Source: Vicugna vicugna (taxonomy: Eukaryota). From it: a stretch of 64,000 nucleotides of DNA. The notes below the pieces were generated by a model. That model was given only the letters and a program-made list of their open reading frames with translations. It did not search any database and had not been told where the DNA came from. Shown here one piece after another: positions 1 through 13,449 of the stretch. Position 1 is the stretch's first letter; every line of letters begins with the position of its first letter. The stretch covers positions 806,001 to 870,000 of the forward strand of contig MU063611.1 of assembly GCA_013265495.1 (NCBI GenBank). The letters run 5' to 3'. The translations under genes and the position numbers were made by a program.

Positions 1-320
1 CACTTATCACTCAAAGGGGGCTGAGTACATATTCACCAAACTTGGCAGCATTTCACTCTGAGACTGAAAACAAACATGATAAATTTCTCCTCCAGAGATA
101 ATTTTGGTGATGTGTATAGGCCACCGAAAATGAGAATGTTATGACTTTAGTGCTGTGATAATATATGGCAGTAATTATATTAACAAGGGAAATTACATCC
201 CTTTTCAGCAATTTCAGTTCATACCACCCACAAGAACAGTGGGCAGAAGCAAAAATGCTGAAATGCACTAGTAAAATAGGGGGAGCAATATTTGCTGAAT
301 TTAGAACCTACTTTGATCGC

Positions 321-455
321 TTTTTTAAATGTACTGAGCTCCTACTATGTGCCAAGCACCCTGTGAGCACAGTGGGGAATGAATCCAACATAGCCTCTGA
401 CCTTAAGATGCTTACCATGTAATAAAGGAAATGACATGCACATAAGTCACTGTCA
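321..455 (-). mobile_element. L2 LINE 3' tail fragment
   Basis: tactgagctcctactatgtgccaagcaccctgtg...cttaagatgcttac matches the reverse-complement L2 3' end (ttgagcacctactatgtgccaggcactgtg). Confidence 0.7.
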
Positions 456-1064
456 TGCCAGGTAGGAAGTGGGAAATGACAAAAGAGAGGTAGAGGTGGA
501 GCTCTATGGGGATTGAAAAGAGGAAGCTACTACTTCCAGATGAAGCTATGAAGCAGCTCTGGCCAGCCCAGAAAGCAATCAGACACCCAGGAGGTGACGG
601 GTAAGTAGCACTCCACAATTTTCCAGCATCAAGATAAACTGCAGCCAATTAACACTGGAAATTCTGCCCACTGACCTGGTCCTAGAGAATACCCAACAGA
701 CTGCTCCACTGCTGGATGACCATGAAAGCAAACCCCACATCCCATGGCTCCAGAAATCCTCTGAAAAGTCTTTTACCAAGAACTTATAAATGTGTGGATT
801 AATGAACTATAAATAGGGATTAAATGCATGAGTAAAACTCCACAATTCATTCTGAAATTTTATTGGAACCAAATTTGAGATACTTGCTCTGTTTACCTCT
901 ACCAATTCAATTAGCTTTTGTTTTGTTTCTCCCGTGTGCAAGAAGGTATAGGGGATTCCAAGAGAAATAAGGCATAGCCAGGCTCTTGGGATCTCATATA
1001 AGAAAGGGAGACATACAAAATAATTGCAAAGATGAACTGCTGCTTTATCAACATGGTCTGGTGA

Positions 1065-1270
1065 AAAGGATATATGGTTTCAGATTAGACTTGAGCTGAA
1101 TTCCTACTTTGCAGCCTACCAACTCTATGACCTAAAAAATAATTATTAACTCTCTCTCTAAGGTAACATTCCTTTACCTGTAAACTGTTCAAATCATAGG
1201 GCTGTGGTAAGAATTAACTAGTGTAAAATCATGAAAGCATTTTTGTCTAATGCCTACAAATGTCTAATGA
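1065..1270 (+). mobile_element. MIR SINE
   Basis: MIR core (ctatgaccta...ctctctct...tacctgtaaa...catagggctgtggtaagaattaa) followed by the MIR 3' part. Confidence 0.7.
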
Positions 1271-1299
1271 ATCTGTCGAACGAGGTGAGTCAGAAAACT

Positions 1300-1500
1300 G
1301 GGATGTGTCAGAAGGTAGTGATAAAGAAAAACATAAAGTTACCCTCAAAGAAAGAGCTCATCTTGAAGTTGGAGGGACTAGGAAGTCTTTATGAAAGAGG
1401 GTATCACTAGAGCAGGACCTTGGAGGATAAGTAGGGATTTGTCAGTATGTATGTAATACACTTTGGCTGGCAGAGGTGGGGTGAACAGGGATGCACTGAG
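1300..1500 (-). mobile_element. L2 fragment
   Basis: Purine-rich L2 antisense signature (ctagagcaggaccttggaggataagtagggattt). Confidence 0.45.
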
Positions 1501-1739
1501 ATATACTGTTGGAAGGCTAAGAATTTTATCTGTGAAAACACCTGACTGACAGATTCACTCTACACAAATCAGTAATTTAACACACATAGCCTCCCAAATA
1601 CCAACCCACGTAATCAAAAACCCAGCAGTGCCCAGGGCCAAGAACTGACACGTGGCGCAGAAGGCAATTCTTCAAGAACACAGAAAAAAAGACATCTTCA
1701 AAAAGTCAATATAACACTGATACCACAATTTTTTTAAAT

Positions 1740-3760
1740 TTCAAACAAAAGACTATATGAATATTGACGTTAAAATGCTATATATAACACATTGGGAATC
1801 AGAATTCAGAAACATAATAAAGGGATAAAATAACACACTTCAATGGAGTTTACTCTGGGATTGCAAGAAATTCTGGGACTAAATGCTAGGAAATCTATTT
1901 ATAAAATTACTTAAATAGGAAAAAAAGAAATATATCATCATATCCATGAGTGCTAAGGTCACTTAATAAAATGTAGTATCAATTCCTAAGTTTAAAAAAT
2001 ATATAAAACACAAATAGATACTTCATTAATATGGTATATATGTAAATATATGAATCAACCTAAAAGTTATCACAATTAATGGAGAAATATTCGAAGATTC
2101 CCATTAAAGTCTGGTACAAGTTCACTTGTGCCACTAATATTTCATATCACCCTAGAGCACCTCTATAGTTAATAAAATTTGGTAACTGAAAGAAGAGAGA
2201 AAGAACATAAAGGAGAAAGTAAAATTGTCATGATTTGTTAAAAAGATGATTGCCTAGAAAACCAAGATTAACTGAGAAACTATTCTCTTACTGTTTGTAA
2301 CATAAAGAATTCAATAAGGTAATGCTCAAAAAAGTAACATACAGAAAGAAATAGCCTACATGTATATACGTAACAGTAAGAAGAAAATAGTTGAAGGAAA
2401 GACACTTATTTACAAAATAACAAAAAATGTAAAATATCTATGTACAAACTTAGTAAGAAATGTGTAGGATCAATATAAAACTATTTTAAAGTGCTTTTTA
2501 AAAGTCCCACAAAACATGATTTAAACTAATGGAAAGACATTCCACATTCTTGACACAAAGTCTTATCATCATAAAGATAGAAATTTTCATCAAGTTAGCT
2601 TAAAAATTTACACAAACACAAAAATCTACCAAGGAGATTTATTTTGGAACTAAAATAACTTATTCTAAAGTTCATAACAAAAAAAAAAAAAGACAAGAAT
2701 AGTAGAAATGTCTAGTGGAAAAACTTTATGTGAGATTAGCCCTTCCAAATATTAAAATGTATACTAAAGCTGCAATAATTAAATGCTATGGTACTCGATA
2801 GCACAGGGAACTATATTCAATATCTTGTAGCAATCTATAATGGAAAAGAATATGAAAACGAATATATGTATGTATTTGTATGACTGAACTATCAAGCTGT
2901 ACAGCAGAAACTGGCACATTGTAAACTGACTATACTTCAATAAGAAAATAACGATATGGTACAAACCATAACATGAACGTGCAGATAAAATAAACAGATT
3001 GGAAACCCCTGAAAACGACTCAAATGCATATTGAAATTTATATATCCTGAAGATGATATTTCAAATCAGTGGGAAAAGATAAAATATTAAATAAATACTA
3101 TTAGGACAACAGACTACCCATCCGAGGAAAATATTGAATACCTACCTTAAGACATCCAAAAAAATAGATTCCAAATAGATCCAAGAGTTAAAGATGAAAA
3201 TAAAACTTTAAAAGAATTAGAAGTAAAGATGGCGAGGTATTTATTTTTTACTTTTATTATCTTCAAGTGGGGAAGGCCTCTGAAGTATTATTTTTAAAAT
3301 CCTAGGAGTCATAAATTATTAATACTTTTGACTACACAAGAATATTTTAAATCTCTGCATGGAATAGGACAAAAACAAACAACCTGTAAAAAACTTTTGC
3401 AACTCATAATAAAACAAAAACATAATTTTCCTAATAAATGAAAAGTACCTATAAATCAATACACAAAAGATTAATAACCCCATAGAAAAATGGGCAAAGG
3501 GTATGAACAGTTTTTACTACTCAGAAAATATGAATAGCAATGTAAATATATGAAGAGCTGTTCACCTGACCCATAATAAGAGAAATGTAAATTCAAACTA
3601 CAGCTAGGTATTATTTTTCACCTAACGTTTAGCAAAGATTACTAATGTTTGATAAAACAGCCATTTTTTAACATTTCTGAAGAGACTTGTAAATTGCCAC
3701 CTTAGATACAAATGGATTTTCAAGGAATTCATCTTGCAGACATGATAAATAGAGTATATT
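1740..3760 (+). mobile_element. Old degenerate L1 (L1M-type) ORF2 RT-to-3' region
   Basis: Decayed L1 ORF2 DNA (caatggagtttactctgggattgcaag, GFIPGMQ region; atgattgcctagaaaacc; gaaaaatgggcaaagggtatgaacag). Many stops, so non-coding. Confidence 0.85.
2795..2949 (+). mobile_element. Younger 5'-truncated L1 3' end (cetartiodactyl type) nested in the old L1
   Basis: agcacagggaactatattcaatatcttgta...cattgtaaactgactatacttcaataa; degenerate 13-bp TSD aatgctatggtac (2782-2794) / aacgatatggtac (2950-2962). Confidence 0.85.
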
Positions 3761-3799
3761 CAGAGATAATCACCTCAGTATGAAATCTTTGACCTGGGC

Positions 3800-3814
3800 A
3801 AAAAAAAAAAAAAA
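3800..3814 (+). repeat. Poly(A)15 tract
   Basis: Seen directly. Confidence 0.95.
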
Positions 3815-5278
3815 GGTTCCTTTGGATGGTTTAAGAAGCCACTACTTATCACATCCACCCAGCGGATACATAAGGAGTGCTAGAACACCTTTGACACACA
3901 GGATCTTGTACTTAGCACAGCATAATGCAAATTGTAACTTTTGACGTGTTAACTCAGATTCCCAAGGGAAAGCTCCACATTTTTCGCCCTGTCTTCAAAA
4001 ATGAAAGGCAACTCTATCCAAATATGGTAGAAATTTGTGGGTCATGTCAGCTTCAGAAATGACCACTGCTTTGGGGAACAGAAGGATGTGGGCTGCAAAA
4101 GAATTTACATGCAAGCAAAGACTAACTTCTCAGGTGTTCCTCTCAGACAGCAGGAATGTGGTACAGTCTTGCATTCTTTTATTTACAATAAAGCTACATT
4201 TCTTGCTTCATGTGCTTTGTTTATTTTAATGTTTGAATTGTACACAGGCATCCACAGCAGTAATCTCCAGAATGATACACAAGAAATCGGTAGCAACAAC
4301 CACCTCTGGAAAATGAAACCTTGAGTGCAGAATTCTATTCACTTTCCAGAGCCCATACAGCTCTTGTAAAAACAGGTTCATGTCGATTTTTTCACATTGC
4401 TCTGGAAAGACAGCTTTGTTCTATGGAGTAGACAGCAGATTCGCTTCTCTAAATGGTCAGCATCCATTACTGTTATGGCATCCACTAAAGTCAAGCTTGT
4501 GCCCAGTTCCAAATTCACACTTCATGAAGAGAAAGAGGAACTGTATTTTACCTCCCTTATTGTTTATTTTTATGGTGCCCTGTCTTTAGTAAGAAATTTT
4601 TTTACACAATTGTAGTAAAATGTAATAGACTTGACTGAAAATTGATGAAACTTTCCAAAAACAATTCTCCCTTCCACATTTTTTTCCTTTTTACTCCACT
4701 TCCTATGACTTATTTAAAACACTTCGCTTTTTAAAAGATGACATTATCACATTCGTCTCAATTCCATCATCTTTTCAACTCCCTCATCCTTTAGGCACTG
4801 TGCTTTTGTATCCTTTTATTTTCAAATTCTTTTCATGTCTTCTCCCTTTTGTTTTATTTTCATGGGAGCTTTTATTGTCATCTCAGTCTTTATGTTTAGG
4901 CTTCTACATTGAGGCCTGACCCAACAGTGAGGAAATGAATAGAGAAAGTATCATGGCCATGCTGCAGTGGAAGAGGCAGACAGGTGCAAAGGAGGAGGAA
5001 AAAGAAAATGAAAAGAAAAAGACTAGATGAAGACTGGATTATTTTTTCAGTCTCCAAGGTGTGATATCTTTGAAGATGAAAAATAATGACATTCACACAG
5101 GCATGTGTGACTTGCAGAACAAAGAAATGTGGAGAAAACCAGTTTCCTTTATTTAGAAGCTTGGTTCAATGTCCAATAGAATGAGTCAAATTTACTTTGA
5201 AGGCATGAGTAAGAGTATCACCCTAAAGAAAGTCAAATTTGACAAGTGAATTTGGTCTCTATCTTGAAACCAACTTAC

Positions 5279-5372
5279 TAGTAAATAAAATTCAGAAATA
5301 TGCTTGAAGCTTCTTAATGCTGATTTAGACACAGCAAGTCCATGCTCCTTCAAGATGTCCAAAGCAAGATAT
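5279..5372 (-). CDS. Candidate 94-nt coding exon of an unidentified gene (YLALDILKEHGLAVSKSALRSFKHISEFYLL)
   Basis: Acceptor ...ctgatttatcaaatag|, donor CTA|gtaagt, open frame inside ORF 5192-5431, unique sequence. Weak pyrimidine tract and unrecognised peptide. Confidence 0.25.
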
Positions 5373-5782
5373 CTATTTGATAAATCAGTAAGAATGGCCA
5401 CAGTATGATTCTCAGACAGAAAGGTCGACAATTGATATTAGAAATTTTGACAGATAGTTTTTCCTATCTCTATTTAACAAGCACTTTCACATTTCAGATC
5501 TATCTGTTTACACACCCTCTCTGCTTGTAGCTCATCCTGGTTTGATTCCTCTTTCACTTGTCTGTCTTCCCACTGGTACTGCCTGACTCTTCAGTCCAGA
5601 TATAATTCTACGCCGACTACCCCATAACCCCTGAAGCTCCTACAGACCAAAAATGAACAATTAAAATAAGATACAGATCTTTACTAAACGGGAACATGTA
5701 TATTTTATAAAGTTTCTATAGCCTTTGCAGTGAACTAAACTAAATCTGAACATTTCATCCCACAAAAGCATTAAGAGAAAAA

Positions 5783-5932
5783 GTGATGCATGTCCGTGCG
5801 TCTGTGCATGTGTAAGTGTGATTGCTTAAGTGTGTGTATGTGAGTGTACATGAGTGTGTGAATGCTTCTAAACATGTCTGTAGATATGTCTGTCTGTGTG
5901 CAAGTATGTGTGAGTATCTGTGTGTCTGTCAT
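5783..5932. repeat. Degenerate (TG)-rich simple repeat
   Basis: gtgcatgtgtaagtgtg...gtgtgtgtatgtgagtgtacatgagtgtgtg...gtatgtgtgagtatctgtgtgtctgtc. Confidence 0.85.
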
Positions 5933-7104
5933 GAAGAGGTAACGAGGAGGAAAAATCAGTAAATCAGACCATTTTTTATCTACCTGGACACTAAATGTCT
6001 AGTTACTCGCAAATATGTATGATTAATTTTTTATTTAAGAAATGAAAATCTGGACATTAAACATATATAGCAAATGTGAATGATTTTGGCTTTGCCTTAA
6101 ACTCTTTTTTTTTTCATTTACTCCTTTTCCTTTCCTTGTCTGCTAGCTTTCACCCTCATTTTTGCTTTTCCTATCCGGTGTTTCCTAGTTCTGTTCAGTT
6201 TAATTTACCCAAATGTCATACCCAATAAGTTGCTGAATTTCCACTCCATTCCTACTGAATTATTGTATTACTTTTAAATAACTTGTGTCTGCTCTTGATT
6301 CTTCCATCTGCTTCTCTTCCTCTTTACTTTCTCATCAGGAAGCATGGCTCTAGGTTAGGGACACTGGCCCAGCACCCCTGATTTTCCATTTTTGAACCAC
6401 TGACACCAAGTTCATCATCCTTTAAGACGCTCTATGAAAAAGCTGGCCCCAGGCAAATTCGTAAAGTAGGTCAGATGTGTGAGTGCCACCACACACACGT
6501 TTAGTAGTTTCTCATCCATGTTTGTCACTCTCTGCAGGGGTACCCCACACTAGACCTTCCGGTTTTTTCCCTTTAACTCCCATCCTTCAAAAAGTACACA
6601 TCCTTTTCCCCATTACATCATTTCTAGGAGAAACCCAGTAGGAAAACGCCATCAAAATATTAGACATAGACAATAAAAATTTAACTTTTCATCCTCTACA
6701 GAATAAGTTTCAAGATTCATGCTTCTGTTGCAATGTTCTATTGCTAATGCAGGCATGTGGGGCAGCACCAGAAAGGTAACCAGCTGTAACTGATCTGAGG
6801 CACTTGTAAGCAGAGCTGGCTGCTCTCTTAAACTCTAGAATCTGAAGGCGTTTTTTTAAAAAGAAAGGAAACTTACATTTCCCAACTTTTTACTTTATGT
6901 CAGACACAAACTAAATTTCATGCCCATTTTAATCAATGAAAAGCTAGGATACTGCCCAAGGTGAAAAAAATCATATGGCTATAAGAAGTAGAGATGCCAG
7001 GTATAAGCCAACAGCAAAACCCAATGCTCTGCCCACTAGACCATTGTGCTGCTTGGGCCCAGAATCATGGACTGATAGCTTTCCTCTATTTTCAGGTCCC
7101 AACC

Positions 7105-7590
7105 ATGCATCATACATTAAGTGAGCACCTGTTATGGGTCAAAATAAAGCTGGAAGTGAGAAACATCTTGGAGTGGATGGTGAACTGTTTACAAGAGCAC
7201 AAAGTCTGGAGCAGGGATACAACCTAAGAAGGACCATTTGGGACATTGCTTTGAAGGATGTGTAGTAAATGCCATAGAACTCCAGCTTGGCATCAAAGAC
7301 ACTGGGACAGCTTTAAGGGTTCTAAGCAAGGGAATGAGATAGGCAGAGTTGAGTTCTAGATTCATCATTCTAGAACAAGATACAAGCTTTGAGAGGGACA
7401 AACTTGAAGTAGGGTGACTAGCTGGGAAGCTCCATTGCTGTTACCCATGCAAGAGATGAAAGCGGGTTTAAATAAAGGCAATGGAGGAGGGGAGAGAGGA
7501 ATCTATATTCAGGAGGTAAAACCAGTAGAACTTGGTGATCGTTTGGATATAAAGAGGAGAGGAAAGAAAGAAATCGAAGATGCCCATTTT
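7105..7590 (-). mobile_element. L2 LINE fragment
   Basis: ccattgctgttacccatgcaagagatga...caggaggtaaaaccagtagaacttggtgatcgtttggat is typical antisense L2. Confidence 0.8.
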
Positions 7591-8933
7591 TCCCTTTGTA
7601 TTTGTTCCATAGTGCCACATTCTTCTAACTCAAAGAGAACTATTGTAATAAACAGGGGTGCCTTAGGACAGATTCCCAAACTGAATTTATTAATGTTTGG
7701 GCCTGGCAAAGTTATGCTTAACCTGACAAGTAATACATTTGGCAAGCATAGTTTATGACCAGAAAATATCGTATCCACACAATTAAAGTATAATTTAGCC
7801 TTAAGGAAGAGTTAGAATTCTCTTCTGGAAAATCATTTTTTTCTACCTCAAGAGGTGTTCCTGACAGAGACAGTCTTCATAATTCTTGGTTATGTTTACA
7901 GAAAGTTGATTTTAGAAATCATCCTAAAGACAGATAATTCTATAGTAAATGTTCCTAGCTATCATCTTTGGAAGGAGTAATTTGATGAGTGGTACTGTGT
8001 TGAATTGTATTATAATTGGTTTCTTCAAATACTGTTTATTACCTACATAAAGGGGAAAAAAAAGAAATCATAAACTAATGGCTAGGTGATCTGCTTGGTG
8101 CAAAAGTGATGGCAGAACGGGGTTAAATAGTGTTTATGGAGAGATAACAGGGAATGATGAGCTCTCAAGTTTTGATGTTTATTAAAGAGTTTATTGGAAT
8201 CTCATAGAGCAGTAAAAAATGATCTAATAAAACAAATAAGATTAAGCAGTGCCACTAAACAAAATTATAATAAAACTCCAGGAGAGTAGATGTAAACCAT
8301 TTTTTTTAATTCTTGTAAAAATCATATTAATATTTTCAAATCTTATAAAGAGTTTTGGAATTAGGACCCTGTTTGAAAATGGGCATAACCATTCAAATTA
8401 TGTTTCATGTAATTTATGAGTTCACTTAATGGACTGTTTAGCTACATTAGCAAAGTTTTTAAAGGAAATAACTTTTCTGGCATGAGATAAGTGGAAAACC
8501 ACTGAAAATCAATCAGCAAATAAATGGTGTATGTTGCAGAGTTTTGTTGGAAAATGAAAACCAAGTAAACAAGCTTGAGTTGAAGGGAAGAGGTGAGGGC
8601 TGGGTTAGAAAAAACCAATCTCCTGAAGGAAGAAAGATCTGCTGAAGGAAGTTATTAGACCTTAAGAGATGTTTCCAGCAGCCTCCTTCCTTGCCTATCT
8701 TTCTAAAAGGAGTAAATGGCTACAGCAAATACAGGCAGATGGGCCATAAACAGCCTCCAGGGATGCCTGAATCTCACGTGGTCTGGGAACAGTAAAATGA
8801 CTATTTTGGCCAAAACAAGGTCCTAGGTAACAAAGCAACCAGCCTGAAAGAGCTAGATGGACAAGAATCAGGCATATCTCTCAAGATTTTTAAAGACTCT
8901 GGATTTCTGAACCTGTTTCTGGGTGGGGAAGGG

Positions 8934-9290
8934 TCTTTGTGGACTGGATGTTTCTGTCCCTGGAAAAATTCATTTACTGAAAACCTAACCCCAACAGGAT
9001 AGTTTGAGAAGGTGGAGGCTTTAGGAGGCAATTAGGTAATTAGATGAGACTGAAACCCCCATAATGGAATTAATGCCCTTTTAGGAAAAGAAAAAGACTA
9101 TAGCTCTCTCTGTCTACTGTGTGAGGATACACCAAGAAAGCAGTCATCTATCAACCAGGAAGAGGATCCCCACCCTCCTGGCACCTTGATCTCAGACTAC
9201 TGGCCTCCAGAACTATGAAAAATAAATGTCTGTTGTTTACACCTCCCAGTCTATGGTATCCTGTTACAGTAGCCCAAAATGACAAAGACA
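8934..9290 (+). mobile_element. MLT1A-type solo LTR (ERVL-MaLR)
   Basis: tggactggatgtttctgtccc...ggcaccttgatctcagactactggcctccagaactatga-aataaa...gacaaagaca; 5-bp TSD aaggg at 8929-8933 and 9291-9295. Confidence 0.9.
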
Positions 9291-9684
9291 AAGGGCAATT
9301 CCAAGGGTGACACATGGGTCTTGCAATTGGTGCAGATAAATACTTAGACTGAAGTTCCTATCTGCTATCCAGAGTTTGAGCTTTGAGTTTTTATTGCTGA
9401 GCTTCTTGACACCCAAGAGAAATGAGAAATATGAGTAAATTATGTGATTCAAATCTTTAAAGAAAAGTAATATATTGCAGTTCTTCTAGATACCAACAAA
9501 AATTTGAAGAACTATATTTTTGTCCTTATCCCATGGAAACTGTTCAACATAAGACACAATAATTCCTATGCTAGTTTTGTAAAAAATAAAGATGGAATTT
9601 CCATGATTTCTTCTTGTTTCAACTCTTAATAAAACTTTTTATCTTAATATTATCATTAGTCTTTGCTATGTTTATATATTCATA

Positions 9685-9795
9685 TTTCCTGTTGGACTAG
9701 CTTTCCTGCCAGGACAGGGTCTGTGACTTATGACAGAAACCAAGTTCCTAGCAGAGTGGCTCATGCAAGGGCTTCACAAATGTCTGCTTAATCAA
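9685..9795 (+). mobile_element. L2 3' tail fragment
   Basis: ggacagggtctgtg...ttcctagcagagtggctcatgc...aaatgtctgcttaat. Confidence 0.5.
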
Positions 9796-9868
9796 GAGTA
9801 AATAATACAGTAGAATTATTTTTGATGGAGAGAGGGTACCAACCTAAACTAATACCCTCCAGATACAT

Positions 9869-10006
9869 NNNNNNNNNNNNNNNNNNNNNNNNNNNNNNNN
9901 NNNNNNNNNNNNNNNNNNNNNNNNNNNNNNNNNNNNNNNNNNNNNNNNNNNNNNNNNNNNNNNNNNNNNNNNNNNNNNNNNNNNNNNNNNNNNNNNNNNN
10001 NNNNNN
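9869..10006. other. N-run (138 nt)
   Basis: Undetermined bases. Confidence 1.
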
Positions 10007-10038
10007 AAGAGGGCCCTCTTCTGGCTACTTTCTCACTG

Positions 10039-10195
10039 NNNNNNNNNNNNNNNNNNNNNNNNNNNNNNNNNNNNNNNNNNNNNNNNNNNNNNNNNNNNNN
10101 NNNNNNNNNNNNNNNNNNNNNNNNNNNNNNNNNNNNNNNNNNNNNNNNNNNNNNNNNNNNNNNNNNNNNNNNNNNNNNNNNNNNNNNNNNNNNNN
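10039..10195. other. N-run (157 nt)
   Basis: Undetermined bases. Confidence 1.
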
Positions 10196-11203
10196 AGCCT
10201 ATGAATGTTGGGAAGACTCAAACCTTCAGTCCATAACAGGATCTAACTTGAACTATTGATAAAACCTGAACCACCTCAACTCTCCTAAGCACACAGTTTC
10301 CTTAACACACACTAAACAGAAGTTCATTATATCTACAATTTCTTCTCTAGATACTTCTCTAGATCCCTATTTTGCAACAGGGCTATGAGAATCTCCATAC
10401 ATTTATAGATTTTTTTAATGGATCTTTGGTTCAATTACAAAATAAGATTTGTTCCATCAGGGCAAAAGCATCTAAGTATCATAGAAATATAGCCCAATCT
10501 CAAATGGAATGTTTGGTTGTGTACAAGAATCCATTTTCAAACTTTTGTCAGTTACACAGCATGGACACTGACTAATCAAAATGGATACCAGCTGTAAAGA
10601 AATGCTATAATCATCTGGGTGTGTGCCAGGGAAATATCCGTGAGTTATCAATGAGTTTAAAACTCAAAGTACTCAACAGACGGTGAATAAATAAATTAGT
10701 GATTAATTAACTGTGATTTTATTCATACAGAGCTTTCTAGAAGTGGCAGCTGTAAGAAGATTCTTGATAATCTAAGGTCTTTGCTCAGGAAAAACTGATT
10801 TTTTTCACTATGGAAGCTACTTAGCCAACAAACTTATATGAGTAATTTGAACCTCAAAAAGGTGTTCAGATTTCCCCAATATGATTAAATGTTGGGACTA
10901 ATGAGACAGTGACAATATTTTCTTTACACAAACAATTTTACAATTATACAGGACAGTGGCATCTAATGACTGCTACCAACACAAAATCACTGGGCAGCCA
11001 GCTTCTATTTTATGCAGCAAGGTTAGCAATTACTCTGTAACACTTAATTTCCTGTTGCTAATGCTTTCCCAGAAGCACTTAAGCATGATGGCCTTATGAA
11101 TATAGCTATTAGTGGAACTACGTTTGGTATTTGGATTCTTTTGGAAATCTGATAAAGATAATATTCCTCCAAAGGTTACTGCCAGATTACAAGTCATTTT
11201 ATC

Positions 11204-11351
11204 NNNNNNNNNNNNNNNNNNNNNNNNNNNNNNNNNNNNNNNNNNNNNNNNNNNNNNNNNNNNNNNNNNNNNNNNNNNNNNNNNNNNNNNNNNNNNNNNN
11301 NNNNNNNNNNNNNNNNNNNNNNNNNNNNNNNNNNNNNNNNNNNNNNNNNNN
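11204..11351. other. N-run (148 nt)
   Basis: Undetermined bases. Confidence 1.
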
Positions 11352-11744
11352 TCTTGTTAAAATTATATAAGCAAAACACTGTGAGGAGAATGCTAATAGA
11401 CCAAATGACAGAAACAACTGCATGAAGATATTTTTAAGCTTTGTAGGTGTGTTTTTAAGCTCCTTTATAAAGATACAATAGTATGTGTTGGTTTAGAGAT
11501 GTTCATGGAAATGAGCTAAATCATCCTGCATCCGTAACATTGTTTACATTAGCATGTGAAATATGTGGCTCTACAAAGCAGAATTTAATATAACGATACA
11601 CATTGATTGAGTGCCTGCTTGGTACTTGAATTTATTTTTCACTGTAACATTTGAGTCTGAGGAGAATTAAACTCTAAAGAAAGCGAAGCTTAACATGCCT
11701 TCCAAAGGGTCCATACTCATAGAGAAACTTCAATTCTTATGTTA

Positions 11745-12865
11745 GGGAGTGTTGGCTAGGTGAAGTGAGGCTTTTGTATTAAAAACATAGGATATCAAAG
11801 ACTAATGGGGTCATGTCTAAAGCATACAAGAGACAAATTGAAGGGCTCTCTCTGGACTAAGATGGGACAATTTGAATTTTACAAAGAATAATAATGACAA
11901 TGGATTGAAAATATAAAAATCCATGAGTTCATACTGATACTGAAAAAAAAAAAACAAACCTCATTCACCACTATTAGGAGTTGCTAAGGCCACCAAATCA
12001 TTACTGAATTTAATGAATAATAGGAAAGAATGAAGCATATGCCTTGCCTTTCCTGCATGTATTGTATTTCTATATAACCAAATAGCTGATAAAAATTACT
12101 TTTTAAAAAATAATTCCAGATAGTAATCGCAGAAGAAATAAAAGGATTAAAAAATCACCACTTCGCAACTCTTCATGACATGGTGGATCTAGACAACGTA
12201 TATCAACGAATGCCAAAACTGTTAGATGAAATGTTGGTGTGGAACCTAATGATGGAGGGACTTTGTTGACAACTTCCGAACTCACTAATCAATCACAGCA
12301 TCATTGAAGATGGGAGAACCAGACATGAGGTGCCTCATAATGTAATGCAATCGGAAGTACACATATCGCCTATGAAATAGCCTTGTCTAGGAATATTGAT
12401 TGAACCGGAATCTAACTGACCCTCTAGTTCTAACTGCAAGGAACTGAGGAAGTAGTTTTTAAAAACCAGAATCCAAAAATTGGGACATTTTAAAGGCAAA
12501 TTACCCAGCTTCTCCAACAAATCAATTATGTGAAAAGAAAGCAGGGAGGGCAGATGCTTTAGAATAAAAGAGTCCTCAGAGACGTAACAGTCAAACACAA
12601 CGGGGAGGCCCTTTGTTGGATTCTGCGCTGACCAAATCAAATGTAAAACAACGTCTCTGAGAAAATTAGAAGAAATTTAATGTCATTAGATAATATTTGT
12701 TGGTGATGTTGTGAAAGATTCTAAGAAGTTAGAGGTGCATACTAAAGGATTTACAGATGAAATAAAATGTTGTCAGAAACTTGCTTTAAAATGCCAGGGA
12801 AGAATGTGGGGAAGTTGGATAAAACACATTGGCAAAATGTTTACGATTGTTGACATTCTGAAAAC
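11745..12865 (+). mobile_element. L1MC-type 3' UTR fragment
   Basis: aaagactaatggggtcatgtc...ggctctctctggactaagatgggacaatttga...ccagacatgaggtgcctc...ggatttacagatgaaat resembles the L1MC4/5 3' end. Confidence 0.8.
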
Positions 12866-12998
12866 AAAAACACCTGTGGAAAACTGGATGCCTGAATTAC
12901 AGTGTTGGAACTGACTGACTTAATATTTTTTCTTAATTTCAACACTGAGAGAACCAGCAGCACCTGTCTGTTGCTTATATAAAGTATTCTTAACTTAC

Positions 12999-13073
12999 TT
13001 CCAGCAAGAGTCCACATTGAATGGAATCAGCCAAACCACCAAGTTTAAAAGTATATTTATCCCAGCCTTTATT
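12999..13073 (-). other. Candidate 75-nt exon (coding status unknown)
   Basis: Strong acceptor gctgtcttctttcag|, donor GAA|gtaagt, length divisible by 3, two open frames (NKGWDKYTFKLGGLADSIQCGLLLE or IKAGINILLNLVVWLIPFNVDSCW). Confidence 0.3.
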
Positions 13074-13449
13074 CTGAAAGAAGACAGCATATCAGTTCCT
13101 AAGGATAATCTGAACTCTGAAATTTATCCTTAACTTAAAATATGAACAAAGGAAGAATTTGATACATCAAAAACACTGTCATCAGATAAGGTTAAATGAC
13201 TGGTAACTCAGAAGTACATACTGTCTAGCCACCAGAGGTAACCTCTGAAGATTCTAAGCTTTCTGCTAATTTGGGCTGCTACCAAGTAACTGAGGCTGCT
13301 TCTTTACCAAGCCAGACACCCAGGTTTCTGTCAACAACATGAAAAACTGAAAGAGGAAAGACTAGAACTACATGGTCACTCTTCCTATTAAGATAAACTG
13401 AAATTACAAAATAAATATGCGTGAGATATTAATTAGGACAAAAGAACTT

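Noticed and set aside
4380-4615. Two overlapping plus-strand ORFs (69 and 72 aa)
   Set aside because: No recognisable protein and no convincing donor site
4901-4920. Possible terminal coding exon (G)FYIEA* after tatgtttag
   Set aside because: Too short to assess, with no linked upstream exon
13224-13346. Strong minus-strand acceptor (gtctttcctctttcag) as a coding exon
   Set aside because: Stops in all frames before the best donor; only a 39-nt version stays open
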